A stretch of 64,000 nt of DNA from Thraustochytrium aureum (taxonomy: Eukaryota): positions 13,794-77,793 of the forward strand of contig BLSG01000137.1 of the NCBI GenBank assembly GCA_012862495.1. The letters run 5' to 3'. Made by a program: the position numbers and the translations under genes. Of the stretch, positions 1 to 12,299 are shown piece after piece. Under the pieces are notes generated by a model. The model saw nothing but the letters and a program-made list of their open reading frames with translations. It made no database searches and was not told where the DNA came from. The number at the start of each line of letters is the position of its first letter. Position 1 is the first letter of the stretch.

Positions 1-760
1 ACCTCGGCCGAGTCCAAGGCGGCAACACTAGCGCGCCTCGTGGGCGCGTCACGGGCCCCCTCGCCTCCTCGGACGAAGCCGCAGACTGGCTCTTGGCGGC
101 GGAACCGATGTCGAGGCCAGCGCCAGCGCCGTCGTCCTCAAAGTCAAAGGGGGCCCACTCGTCGGCGTTGTCGTCCTCGTCGTCGCTGTTGTCCGCTGCA
201 GGACCAGCGCGGGAGGTCTGGCTCCGGCTGTTGACGCTCGCGGCGCGCGTGCGAGCGCGCGACCCGCGCCGGCTGCCGGAGACGTTGGTGTTGGGCGTGA
301 TTTCGAGCGTGATGTCGACGTTGCGCGACACGTTCTGCGAGGCCAGCGTGGTCTGCATCCACTCGTCGAGCTGCGGCTCGACGCCCTCGAAGTCGTCGGC
401 GTCGTGGATCATCTCGAACTCGCCGATCGTCGTGCTCGCTTGGGTCTGCTGCGGGTTGTTGGCGTCGTAGGGGAGGTCGACGACTCCGGGCCGGAAGGCC
501 ATCTTGATTTTGACGAGCGCCTCGCTGCAGTCCGAGAACAGGTACTTGACCTTTCGCTGGTAGATTCGCACAAGCCCCAGGAGGAGGTGCCCGGAGAGGC
601 GGAGCGCGAGCGGGACGCCCATCTTTTTGATCGACGTCGCCGAGTCCTCGATATCGGTTTGGAACACCTGCGCCTTGCTGATCTTTTTGTCCCAGTGCGC
701 CGCGAGCCAGATCTTGCCCAGCGGGCCCTTCTTCGCCAGGATGATATCCGAGTAGAACAT
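1..760 (-). CDS. RAD21: Rad21/Rec8-family cohesin kleisin, N-terminal part (runs off the left edge)
   Basis: Manual translation from ATG at 760 (minus): [37 protein letters not shown]...[47 protein letters not shown], the Rad21_Rec8_N signature. Not in the ORF track because there is no stop in the window. Confidence 0.95.
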   Translation of the reverse strand, partial: MFYSDIILAKKGPLGKIWLAAHWDKKISKAQVFQTDIEDSATSIKKMGVPLALRLSGHLLLGLVRIYQRKVKYLFSDCSEALVKIKMAFRPGVVDLPYDANNPQQTQASTTIGEFEMIHDADDFEGVEPQLDEWMQTTLASQNVSRNVDITLEITPNTNVSGSRRGSRARTRAASVNSRSQTSRAGPAADNSDDEDDNADEWAPFDFEDDGAGAGLDIGSAAKSQSAASSEEARGPVTRPRGALVLPPWTRPR

Positions 761-1066
761 CGTGGCGCGGCCTCGGCCGTCCGCAGCGCGTCCCTGTCCC
801 CAGCAAACCGCCGCCGCCCTGCAGGTCGCGCAGCGCCCGTTTGCTCTTCCCCGCTCCCGCCGCTAGCCTGAGCGCGTGCTCTCCTCTCGCAGTGCGCGTG
901 GCCGCCCCGCGCCGTCCTGTCCTGCGTGTCTGCAGCTGCTCTGGCCTGCCAGCCTGCCTCCTGCCTGGTCCCTCGCTCCCCTTCTCTCGCAAAGCCCGCG
1001 GGGGGATTCGCACGGTAGCCGCATATTTGCCTCCCCGCCCTCTTTAACTTTGTTTAGAGCATGCGC

Positions 1067-1214
1067 GCAGAGTTTCCCACGTTCAAGGTGGAAGTTCTGC
1101 CCTAGAGCACTAAGCGCCGTGAACAGCACGGCAGGTTTTTCCCCAGCCACACCCGACCCTCTATATTTTTCCACAATAGCGATTAAAGGTACTAGTTCGA
1201 GTATAGAGGGTCGG
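1067..1214 (+). other. Cluster of three hairpins in the AT-richer divergent intergenic region (candidate structured RNA or DNA element)
   Basis: Stem 1067-1080/1088-1100 (loop GTTCAAG); GCCGTG/CACGGC at 1116-1132 followed by TTTTT; perfect 13-bp inverted repeat CCGACCCTCTATA 1153-1165 / TATAGAGGGTCGG 1202-1214. Confidence 0.4.
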
Positions 1215-1606
1215 TCAAGGGCCAGGCGACCGCCCCGCTAAATACAAACCGTCTAAGACTCTCATGAATAATTCAAAATACAGAGGGCCAGGTCGGGGCG
1301 CCGGTCCATGTGAGGGGCCGGTTCGCTCAGAGCAGGAAATGGCGAAGACGAGGCGAACCGGCGCAACGCCCTCTCAGCTTGCGTGCTCCCCCCGTGCTCA
1401 GGTTCCCTCTCAACAGCGAAGCGTTCAGTGTTCTTTTGGCGGGTTCTCCTTTCTCTCCTCTGGCAGCCTCCACTCACAGATTGTCAGCGTCATCAGACTC
1501 GGAACAGAACAGAGTTGAGAAAGTTTGAAGAATTCTTTTCTTTCTTTCAGAGTTTCACAGGAAAAGAAAAGGCGACACGAGGGAGCGGCAGACACCGAAC
1601 GAGACC

Positions 1607-1991
1607 AGGCAGGCACCCAGGCAGGCACGCAGGCAGGCACGCAGGCAGGCAGGCAGGCANNNNNNNNNNNNNNNNNNNNNNNNNNNNNNNNNNNNNNNNN
1701 NNNNNNNNNNNNNNNNNNNNNNNNNNNNNNNNNNNNNNNNNNNNNNNNNNNNNNNNNNNNNNNNNNNNNNNNNNNNNNNNNNNNNNNNNNNNNNNNNNNN
1801 NNNNNNNNNNNNNNNNNNNNNNNNNNNNNNNNNNNNNNNNNNNNNNNNNNNNNNNNNNNNNNNNNNNNNNNNNNNNNNNNNNNNNNNNNNNNNNNNNNNN
1901 NNNNNNNNNNNNNNNNNNNNNNNNNNNNNNNNNNNNNNNNNNNNNNNNNNNNNNNNNNNNNNNNNNNNNNNNAGGCAGGCAGGCAGGCAGG
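1607..1991. repeat. (GCAG)n-type microsatellite flanking an assembly gap upstream of SMC6
   Basis: AGGCAGGCA(CCC/CGC) units before the gap and AGGCAGGCAGGCAGGCAGG after it. Confidence 0.85.
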
Positions 1992-2088
1992 CCGTGACAG
2001 GCCGGTTGGCGCTGCGAAAGAGCGCGGGCTGGACGGCTTCGGACGACGACAGGGTTTCGGTTTGGAGCGCGTTGGCGCTGCAACGAGA

Positions 2089-5000
2089 ATGCCGGGCAAG
2101 CGGACGCGCCAGGGCCCCGAGGACGACGGCGAGAGCGACGACGGGATGGAGGCGGACGAGGCCAAGGACGAGTCGAGCGACGATGGACGGAAGCGGTCGC
2201 GCGGGAGCCGTCAGAGAAAGCGAGAAGAGGAGGAGGAGGCGAGCACGGCGAACATTTCGGCGACCATGGCGAGGGCGATGAAGGGCGTTGACCTGGACAT
2301 GCCGACGGAGGCGGACACGACGAGCGGCAAGGTGAAAAAGATCGAGTGCCGCAACTTTATGTGCCACCGCGCCTTGACGGTGGAGCTGAACCAGAAGATC
2401 AACTTTATCACCGGGGCGAACGGGAGCGGGAAGAGCGCCATCATCGCGGCGCTGCAGACGTGTCTCGGGCTCACTGCTAGGGACACGCACCGCGGGAGCT
2501 CTCTCAAGTTGCTGATCCGCAACGGTAGCACGGATGACGCTATCGTGACTGTGACGCTCTACAACGACGGCGCGCAAGCGTTCGAGAGGGAACGTTTTCG
2601 GCGACTCTATCATCATCGAGCGCACGATCAAGCAGTCCGGATCGAGCTCGTACCGCCTGATGAACGGCACCACAAAGGCGGTTGTGACTACCAAGCGCCA
2701 GGTGTTGAACGACATCCTCAACTGGTTTTCGATCAACATCAAGAACCCGTGCTGCATCCTTGACCAGGAGACGAGCAAGACGTTCCTGCGCGGCTCGGAA
2801 AGCGAAAAGTACAACGTCTTTATGAACGCGACGAGCCTGCTCACCATGTCGGACCACTATGCACTTGAAAAGGCCCAGCGCGCGCAGGCCAAGGAGGCAG
2901 TCGCGCGGCAGTACGAGACCATCAAGCAGCTCCAGGCAGAGGCCAAGGCCAAGGCAGAGGAGGTGGAGAGCCTCGAAGAGGTAGACAAGCTCAACGAGCA
3001 GCTGGACGAGGCACGGCGCGAAAAGGTCTGGAAGATTGTCGCATTGCACGACGAAGAGACTCTGCGTCGCAAAGCGGGCCTGGCCAAGCGCAAAACGAAA
3101 GTGGAAGGCCGCGAGGCCGCCGCCATGGAGCTGGCAGCGATCCAATCCTCTTCTAAAGGCGAGGTGGAGAGTTGCGCGCCGAATGCGAGAGGCTGAACAA
3201 CGCTATCGCCGTGCACGACGAGGAGCTGCGCCGCTATCGCGAAAACTCGGACGAAACTCAACGCGAGCTAAAACGTCACTTGGCCGAGATGAAGCGGGTT
3301 GAGCGCAACATCTCGTCGGCCCGCTCGCGCAAGGCAGAGGGCGAGGCGGGCGTCAAGGCCATCATCGAAGAGGCTGCGGAGAACGGCAACTCGTGCCACG
3401 AGCTCGCTGCGAAGCACCGCGAAGAGGCCGAGACACTCGGCCGTGAGATTGAGCGGTGCGACACCAAGCTGCGGGACGTGGAGGCCGCGAAAGCGGCCAT
3501 CGCCCAGAAGATCCTCAAGCTGAAAGAGGATCGAGACGTCGCCAACCAAAGCCTCGCCGGCGCCGAGAGCGTCAAGAACGAAGTGCAGAGGAGGCTGCAC
3601 GAGATGAGGGCGGTGCAGAAGGACGCCAACGCTCGTTTTGGCCACAGGTTTCCCGAGCTGCTGCATTTGATCGAGGCGAACAAGGACAGATTCTCCAAGC
3701 CTCCTATCCACGTCGGTCTCAACGTGCGCCTCGAGGGGGACAACTTTAACAAGTGGTGGCGCCCCGTCGAGGCGCACCTCGGGTCGCACCTTCGCAAGTT
3801 TCTGCTCAACAGCTGGGCGGACCGCGACCTCCTGAAAGCGCTGTGCAAGCGCAGCAACCTGGAAGAGCCCAAGTCGCGCGTGATGAAGTTCAGGAACGAG
3901 CGCTACAACACCTCTCGCGACACGGTCGACACGGCGCGTCTTCCCGCCCAGGCCGTGGCCATGGTTGACATCCTTGTCATCGACGACCCGAACGTGTACA
4001 ACGTGCTGGTTGACAGCGCCCAAATCGTGGGCACTGTCTTGGTCGACAAGTACGAAGACGCCAAGGCCGTCACCTTCATGATGCGCGACAGGAAGGTCGC
4101 GATGCCGCCGAACATGAAGCGCACCCTGGACCTTGAGGCCAACACGTACTCGGTCGTTGGCGGGTCCGAGTACAAGCAGTCGAGCGACGTGCGCAACCCC
4201 TCTGCCAGGTACTTTGGGGCGACTGTCTCCGCGAGGGAAATCGCCCTGGCTGAGCAAGAGCTCCGCGAGGCCAACGACACCAGCGAGGCCAAGAGGCGCG
4301 AGGTGAGCCAGATCGCCTCCAAAATAGCCTCCCTCACCAACGAGGACAGGAACATGGAGAACGAACTGCGCAACATCACGGGCAAGCGCACCAAGCTTGT
4401 TGAAGAAAAGACCAAGCACGTTCAGGAGGCGGCTGACGCGATGGGCGGTGCAAACTCTCGTCTCCAGGCCCGCCAGGCCTTGATGGAGAGCCGGATCGAG
4501 CAGTTGGAAAACGAGATTGAGGCAAACGTAAAGGAACACGACACGCTGCGCGCCAAGGTCGAAGCCCTGCGGAGTGAACTGGAGCCCATCGAGGCCAAGG
4601 TCCAAGAGACGAAACGCGCGCGGGAGGAGGCCAGGCAAAACGGTCAGGAGCGCAAAAAGCTTTTTGAACAACTCAAAGCGAATATCACCGTCACGATGTC
4701 AAAGCTCGTGAAATGCGCAAAGGAAGCTCGTGAAGGCCAAGGAGGAGCTCGAAACCGCGGAAGCCGACCTCCAGGAGGCTGAGCTTCGCTCTGAGGAAAG
4801 CCGCAGAGCCGCGATGGAGTACTGCGGCGACAGGGAGATCCACGTCTCAGAGGATCGGCTGATGTCGCAGATTGATGCCGACATAGTGAAGCTCAACGAG
4901 GTCATCGTGGCGGAGCAGCGCAAGCTCGGACCCTCGAACGAGGACATCGCTTTGGTGATTCAGCGAATCAAGGGCGAGGCGGAGGCCGCGGCGAAGAAGG

Positions 5001-5593
5001 TCGCAATGGCCAAGGAGATCTACAAGCAGCACGAAGAGCTCCTCAAGCGTTTCAAGTCCTCGTACAAAATCCGCCGCCAGGGCTGGAACAACCTCAAGGA
5101 GACGAGCCAGCAGATGATGGACCACAAGTTTCAGTCTTACCTCGCCTACCGCGACTACTCTGGTTCTGTTCTCTTCGACGACCACAGCAAATCGATCAAG
5201 TTTACGTGGAGCAAGACCAACAGCGCCATGGGTGCCACGCAGGACGACGTTGACGACGAGGAGAGTGGTGCGACGCAAAATGGCGCCGCCACTCAGGACG
5301 CTGGCCAGCTCAGCGGTGGCGAGAAGAGCTTCACCAGCCTCTCGTTTTTGGTCGCCATGGGCGAGCTTGTCTCTTGCCCGTTCCGCGTCATGGACGAGTT
5401 TGACGTTTTCATGGACGGGACGAACCGCAAGGTTTCGCTCAAGCTCCTTGTCGAGCTGGCGCGAAAGCCGGGGCCCAACAAGCAGTTCATTTTCATCACC
5501 CCTCACGACATCTCGCAGATTGCGGACGGGCCTGACATCCACAAGCTGCGACTCAACCCGCCGAAGGACAACGGGCAGGCCACGATCAACTGA
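2089..5593 (+). CDS. SMC6: Structural maintenance of chromosomes protein 6 (three apparent homopolymer frameshifts at ~2596, ~3170, ~4712)
   Basis: N-head NFMCH...INFITGANGSGKSA (Walker A), NPCCILDQE, long coiled coils with hinge, C-head LSGGEKSF signature, PFRVMDEFDVFMD (SMC6-type Walker B/D-loop) and QFIFITPHD. Confidence 0.93.
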
Positions 5594-5642
5594 CTGCCCA
5601 CCAATGGCCGCCCGGCTCGCGCAACCAGACCAGGCTCAGTAA

Positions 5643-5957
5643 TCAACTAAAACGCCACTCGCTTCCTTCTTCTGCGATCTGCAACGTGCCACGCTGTGCT
5701 TGGCACTCAACCGCCCGCGAGTGGGGCTCGTCGAGCCTTGCTTGCTGCGGCGCGCCCTCGGCCAGCACTGCTGGAGCCCCCTCCACGTCGCAAAGCACCT
5801 GCGGTGCCAGTGGAATCAAAGACGTACGATTATTCTCCTACTCACCATTGGTACTCTACAGAACGGGGGCGCCGACAAGGCCGCAGCCCACGCCTCCGGG
5901 AACGAGGAGGGGGGCGGGGCGGGGCGCTCCCGCTAGCTCGACGAGTTCAGCCGCCAT
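5643..5957 (-). CDS. Possible 3' part of a hypothetical gene with a 47-nt intron (5799-5845)
   Basis: GTGAGT...CCGCAG intron-like segment joins two open minus-strand frames; no recognisable domain; upstream part may lie in the gap. Confidence 0.25.
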
Positions 5958-7313
5958 GCAGCCCAAGTCAAATGTCCGCAAAAGGAGAGCCCATTCCGCT
6001 GAGCGACCCAGCGTCGTGCGTCGAGCTAGACTCGGGCCCTCCCGGCGAAGCGTCGGGGCCTTTGTTGAAAGACTTGCTCGTCACGNNNNNNNNNNNNNNN
6101 NNNNNNNNNNNNNNNNNNNNNNNNNNNNNNNNNNNNNNNNNNNNNNNNNNNNNNNNNNNNNNNNNNNNNNNNNNNNNNNNNNNNNNNNNNNNNNNNNNNN
6201 NNNNNNNNNNNNNNNNNNNNNNNNNNNNNNNNNNNNNNNNNNNNNNNNNNNNNNNNNNNNNNNNNNNNNNNNNNNNNNNNNNNNNNNNNNNNNNNNNNNN
6301 NNNNNNNNNNNNNNNNNNNNNNNNNNNNNNNNNNNNNNNNNNNNNNNNNNNNNNNNNNNNNNNNNNNNNNNNNNNNNNNNNNNNNNNNNNNNNNNNNNNN
6401 NNNNNNNNNNNNNNNNNNNNNNNNNNNNNNNNNNNNNNNNNNNNNNNNNNNNNNNNNNNNNNNNNNNNNNNNNNNNNNNNNNNNNNNNNNNNNNNNNNNN
6501 NNNNNNNNNNNNNNNNNNNNNNNNNNNNNNNNNNNNNNNNNNNNNNNNNNNNNNNNNNNNNNNNNNNNNNNNNNNNNNNNNNNNNNNNNNNNNNNNNNNN
6601 NNNNNNNNNNNNNNNNNNNNNNNNNNNNNNNNNNNNNNNNNNNNNNNNNNNNNNNNNNNNNNNNNNNNNNNNNNNNNNNNNNNNNNNNNNNNNNNNNNNN
6701 NNNNNNNNNNNNNNNNNNNNNNNNNNNNNNNNNNNNNNNNNNNNNNNNNNNNNNNNNNNNNNNNNNNNNNNNNNNNNNNNNNNNNNNNNNNNNNNNNNNN
6801 NNNNNNNNNNNNNNNNNNNNNNNNNNNNNNNNNNNNNNNNNNNNNNNNNNNNNNNNNNNNNNNNNNNNNNNNNNNNNNNNNNNNNNNNNNNNNNNGCATG
6901 TGCAGCCGGTCTTGAAGGCTCGCCTGCTCGGTGGCTGAGAGTGAGTCAGGAACTTGAAGGCCCCGGCGACCACTCAAGGCGGCCGCGCACCGGGTTTTCC
7001 AAGGGCCGCCAGTGCCTGCCTGCCTGCCTGGCTCCAGTGCGCTGGCGCCCTTGACTCGGCTGTTCTGGCTCCTCTGGCTCGAGCTTCCGAGCGGAGGAGG
7101 CGGTGCACACTGCACCCGAGGGCGGCCTGCCTTCCTCCGCGTCTGTTCTGATCACTCGTGAGTCACTGATGGATGCAGTGTGCGTGCGGCGCGAGCAGCA
7201 GCAGCAGAGCAGCAAGCCGAGCGAGCACGGAGGAGCGCCGACCAGGGCAGGGGCCAGAGGAGCTCGGCGGCTCGAAGAGACGCCGCGAATCGAGGCGCTA
7301 GGCCGCCAGCGGC

Positions 7314-10300
7314 ATGGAAAGGGTGCAGTCTCTGACGCGACGCGCCAAGGTCGCAGTTGTCGCCTATGTCGAAGCGCTTCTCGCGTCCGCGTTTCGCGAG
7401 GAGCGAGGCGAGGCAACCGCTGAGCGCGCCGAGCCTGGGACCGTGTCCTTTGTGATGAGCGAGGAGACGGCATCGGTGACCGCCAAGCGCAGGTCCACAC
7501 GCGATGCTGGCGAAAGCCTGTCGAGTCTGGAGGAGGGCGCCGACACCGACGACAGGGACCAAAGAACGGCCGACTCCATACCTGTCGGAAGCTGGAAAAC
7601 CAACTCGTTTCCCTCTCTCTCTGTGGGAGAGGAGGGAAAGTCGGGCAGGCCGAGGAAACGGCTGAGCGCCAGGCAAATCGAATGGATCGACAAGGGTGCG
7701 TTCATCTACAATCCTGCCCTTGTGGAGCAGCTCAACAGGCTTGGGAGGCGGCTCGGCAATATCGACAACTACGTCACAGTGGGCAAGCCGACCGAAGAGA
7801 GCGCAGACCGGTCAATCGAGTGGCGCCGCTATGACAACCTGGTCGCGGACCTGACCGACTATCTGGCGACGCTGCGACTCTTTGAGCTCGAGGTCGTGCG
7901 CCTCCAAGAGGATCACAAGCACATTCAAGACCAGATACGGAAGGAGTACCCGGGTCCGCCGGCCTCAGAAGACCAGCAAGGCGCATACCAAGAACTGCCG
8001 CCGTTGGGCCTGCCCCCAACGCTCATGAGCGCCATCCGACTCAAGTGGACCGTCTTCTTCATGGATTTCATACTCAACGCTTTTGACGACGTCACGGACG
8101 CTTTATTCATCTGGAAAGTTCTATTCCCGCTTCGCGAGCAAGAAGGATTTGTGTCATACCTTTTCGGAATCGCCATGGGTACGTTCGTCATCGCTCTGGC
8201 CCTTCGCCTCATGTGGGCGATCTGGTATAGCCGCGAAATCAAGAAGAGCAAGCGACGCCAGCAACTACTGGGGATTGTGTGGTCCGTTTTTGACCCAATC
8301 AACGGGTTCGCAAGACTTCGCGACGCTCGTGAACACCGAGAGAGGCTTTCCCAGTCGCTCATCGGCGAGTCCTCAGGCTCCTCCTTCAAAGACCCGCTCG
8401 TCACCCACTACTCAAGCGAAATCATGTCGGCAAAGATCGCGAACACAAATGCGCTTCTCGTCGCTCTGAAAGACCTCCCCGAGCTGGCTGTGCAAGTTAT
8501 GTTTGCCTCGACGGTGACAAGCAATGCCGACGCCTCAGCGTCGAACGGCCTGCTAGACCCATTCTTCATCGTTGCCATGGTCACCACAATCCTGCGTCTC
8601 CTTCGCCACGTTATCGAGGCGTACTTTTCGAACGAACAAGTCCCGGCTATGCGCAGCATTGCCGATCTTCGTCAGCTGGTCTTCACCTCTGAGAGCCGCG
8701 ACAAAGAACCTGGAAAACCAATGTGTTGTGCTGGATGGGGAGCGATTGGCAACTGCCTCTCGCGTTTTTCCAACAACGAGTCGATGGACCCGAAGAACCA
8801 AAGATCTCGATTCTTCTTCTCATCGCCAGGCTCCGAGGGCCGCGACGAAGAAGCTGCCCAATCAGAGCGCAGTGCTGCTGGAGGAGATACGATTGCCGGG
8901 CGCCTTTCGAATTTTTTTCGAGGATTCGATGGCCCTGAAGAACCAAGGATNNNNNNNNNNNNNNNNNNNNNNNNNNNNNNNNNNNNNNNNNNNNNNNNNN
9001 NNNNNNNNNNNNNNNNNNNNNNNNNNNNNNNNNNNNNNNNNNNNNNNNNNNNNNNNNNNNNNNNNNNNNNNNNNNNNNNNNNNNNNNNNNNNNNNNNNNN
9101 NNNNNNNNNNNNNNNNNNNNNNNNNNNNNNNNNNNNNNNNNNNNNNNNNNNNNNNNNNNNNNNNNNNNNNNNNNNNNNNNNNNNNNNNNNNNNNNNNNNN
9201 NNNNNNNNNNNNNNNNNNNNNNNNNNNNNNNNNNNNNNNNNNNNNNNNNNNNNNNNNNNNNNNNNNNNNNNNNNNNNNNNNNNNNNNNNNNNNNNNNNNN
9301 NNGGCGATTCGTCTTCTCTTCATCAAAGCACAAGCCGTTTGCCGATCATTTGGAGCCCGCGTTGCTCCGCAAGGGTGACTTTTACCAGCTCCATCACGGT
9401 GAACGCGACCGCTGGGTCGCTCAGTCTGTCACCATCTTCGCCAACGTTCTTCACGCGGGCTTGTTCTTGATTCGAGACGCCCTGATGTACTGCCTGCGAA
9501 CCGCGCGAGGTTTCTTCGCCTTCCTCAGGACTTGTCATTGGCGGCGGACGAACACGGAGGAGGCCCTTCTGGACATTCGCGTTGTCGAGCTGACCAATTG
9601 CAAGTCTGTGAACGACAAGACGATTGAATCTCTTGCAAAGCACTGCCCAAACCTCCGGAAGCTTGAGCTCAGTCATTCCAACGTGACCAGCGAAGGAATT
9701 AGCTGTCTCCACGAGCACGGGTGCGTTAATATCGAGGAGATCTCGCTCGATTCGTGCCAGGGCGTCGACGACACGGCTCTAACTTATCTCACCAAGTGCT
9801 GCGGACCAAACCTGCGGCGCCTTTCCCTGCGCAACCTGCCCGAAATCACCAAGGTCGGCCTCGAACAGGTGGCCATTTCGTGCCGCAACCTTCAAGTACT
9901 GTACTTGGACCGCGTAGGCATGGGCATCGATGCCGGTGCCGAGGCTGACGCTGTCGCCGAAATCGTGCAACAGAACGCGGAATCTTTGTTGCGACTCGGG
10001 GTCGGGCCCCTCGCAAGTCTTCCCACCACTGTCAACCAGTGCAAGCTTTTGCGTGAGTTGTCGGCTGACTTGGACGATAAAAAGAAAGTGGACAGGTTTA
10101 TTCATGCCGTGGCGAATGGAGAAGAGGGTCAGAGGACAGCGGTGCAAGAATGGCCGAGACACCTCCGGTCCCTTCGCCTGACAAGCAAGAAAATTTCCGC
10201 CGAAAGTATCGATATCATCGCCAAGAACTCAGCAGCTCTGCGCGTCCTCGATGTCCGCGAGAAAATTGTCACACACGCCAAGTTTAAGGAAATGTGGTCA

Positions 10301-11065
10301 AGCATGCAATCGCTCGAGCACATTGCCTTCTTCCGCGCTTCGGAGCTGATCGACTTCTACAGAGATCAACTCAAAAGCCAAATCTGGCGCCTCTACCGAA
10401 GCAACCCGAAGGCAACAACCGACCTAAACGCAGAGGTGCTTGGGGAGGAGTGGTCTGACAAAGACTACGACGCTCTGGGAGCTGCCATCAACGGCTTTGT
10501 CAAGAAATTGAGAGACTCCTGCGCAAAGATGGAACTTGAAGGTCTGCTTGTGCTCGTAGAACTTACAGATTCGTTTCGTCGAGAGCTCTATCGATGCAGA
10601 GATAATGCAAAGTGGGGCTACACGGAAGCGGAGAGGGCCATCTGGGCGCAGAAGGAACCCTGGTTTCTTTCGTCGCGTGACAAAAGCTACAGAAACGCCC
10701 TCATGTCGAAGCTCCCTCCAAGTCTCGATAAAGAAAGCGTGGCCGAAGAGCGTCTGTTCCCGCCGTTCCGGCTCGAGCCGTTCGGGGTCATGAGTACGCG
10801 GCAAATCAGCATGGTCGTCAACTCCGAAAAGGGCGAGTATAAAATCCTTGGCGAGGTCGGGGGAGGGCGCATCTCGCCCCTCGCCCAGATCTCTGTGAGA
10901 GAGGGCACAAAGAGCTTGACGGCCTCTCAATACCTCGGCATCCCGCCAAATGCCAGATACTACTGCTTTGCTTACCCTGCAAAGTCGCCTGCAAGCTCGA
11001 CCGCAAATTCGCCTGATCGGCCGAAGAAGTTCACAGACAACCTCGGCTTTGATTGCGCTGTGAAG
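7314..11065 (+). CDS. Multi-TM + leucine-rich-repeat protein, paralog A (internal gap 8951-9302; 3' end in gap)
   Basis: ORFs 7314-8950 and 9350-11065 are colinear with paralog B; about 5 hydrophobic segments (DDVTD, KDLPELAVQ); FBXL/AMN1-like LRRs (LAKHCPNLRKLELSHSNVT, CGPNLRRLSLRNLPEIT); C-terminal ASQYLGIPPNARYYCFAYP. Confidence 0.8.
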
Positions 11066-12299
11066 NNNNNNNNNNNNNNNNNNNNNNNNNNNNNNNNNNN
11101 NNNNNNNNNNNNNNNNNNNNNNNNNNNNNNNNNNNNNNNNNNNNNNNNNNNNNNNNNNNNNNNNNNNNNNNNNNNNNNNNNNNNNNNNNNNNNNNNNNNN
11201 NNNNNNNNNNNNNNNNNNNNNNNNNNNNNNNNNNNNNNNNNNNNNNNNNNNNNNNNNNNNNNNNNNNNNNNNNNNNNNNNNNNNNNNNNNNNNNNNNNNN
11301 NNNNNNNNNNNNNNNNNNNNNNNNNNNNNNNNNNNNNNNNNNNNNNNNNNNNNNNNNNNNNNNNNNNNNNNNNNNNNNNNNNNNNNNNNNNNNNNNNNNN
11401 NNNNNNNNNNNNNNNNNNNNNNNNNNNNNNNNNNNNNNNNNNNNNNNNNNNNNNNNNNNNNNNNNNNNNNNNNNNNNNNNNNNNNNNNNNNNNNNNNNNN
11501 NNNNNNNNNNNNNNNNNNNNNNNNNNNNNNNNNNNNNNNNNNNNNNNNNNNNNNNNNNNNNNNNNNNNNNNNNNNNNNNNNNNNNNNNNNNNNNNNNNNN
11601 NNNNNNNNNNNNNNNNNNNNNNNNNNNNNNNNNNNNNNNNNNNNNNNNNNNNNNNNNNNNNNNNNNNNNNNNNNNNNCGCAAACCACCCCACCCGCGCCC
11701 TGAGGGCCAGCCAGCGTGCGAGTGCAAAAGGCGACTGACAACTCGGAGAGGAAGCTTTGACCGCCGTGACTGACCGCCGTGACAGTGATCGATCTGCCTG
11801 ACCTCGGATGGGCAGTGTTGTTTCTTTCACCTTTTCTTTTGAGGTCGCACCTCCCGTCTTGTAGTTACGTCGCGAGCGGAGATGTCCTGCCAGTGGCTGC
11901 CTAAGGAGGCAGCTGAACTCCTATGCTTTCTCGTAGTAACTCACTAACACCATGGAGTATCAAGACATGTGCATTTTTGTTCAATCAACTCTTGATTGAG
12001 ACTCATCAAACTTGAGTCAAACTTGAGTGTGTCAAGAGTTGTGAAACCCCGCTCCGCGCCAGCTCAGCTGTGTTCACACTCGGCTCGAGCACAGCTCGAC
12101 CTCGAGTCCAAGCAAGCATGGCGCTGGCAGTTCCTAAAGAGCAACCAGCGTCTATTGAGCTCGGTCGAAGTGAGCAGCAGGTGCGCAGGAAGCAAGCGGT
12201 TAGCAGGCGCTGAGCGTCGCCAGCCTCGTGAACCGGTGGAGTTGGCGCGGGAGAAGCCCCAATCCCTGCAAGAAGCGTGCAGACAGTCGAGTCCGCGTC

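Noticed and set aside
2590..4730. Three frameshifts in SMC6 as programmed frameshifting, editing or pseudogenisation
   Set aside because: Each is fixed by +/-1 base in a short run (TTTT at 2595-2598, missing A ~3170, AAA at 4711-4713). Similar indels affect many unrelated conserved genes in the window, which points to sequencing error.
11895..11920. GCCTAAGGAGG...TGAAC resembling SRP RNA
   Set aside because: It forms only a local hairpin; the helix-8 motif and Alu domain are absent.
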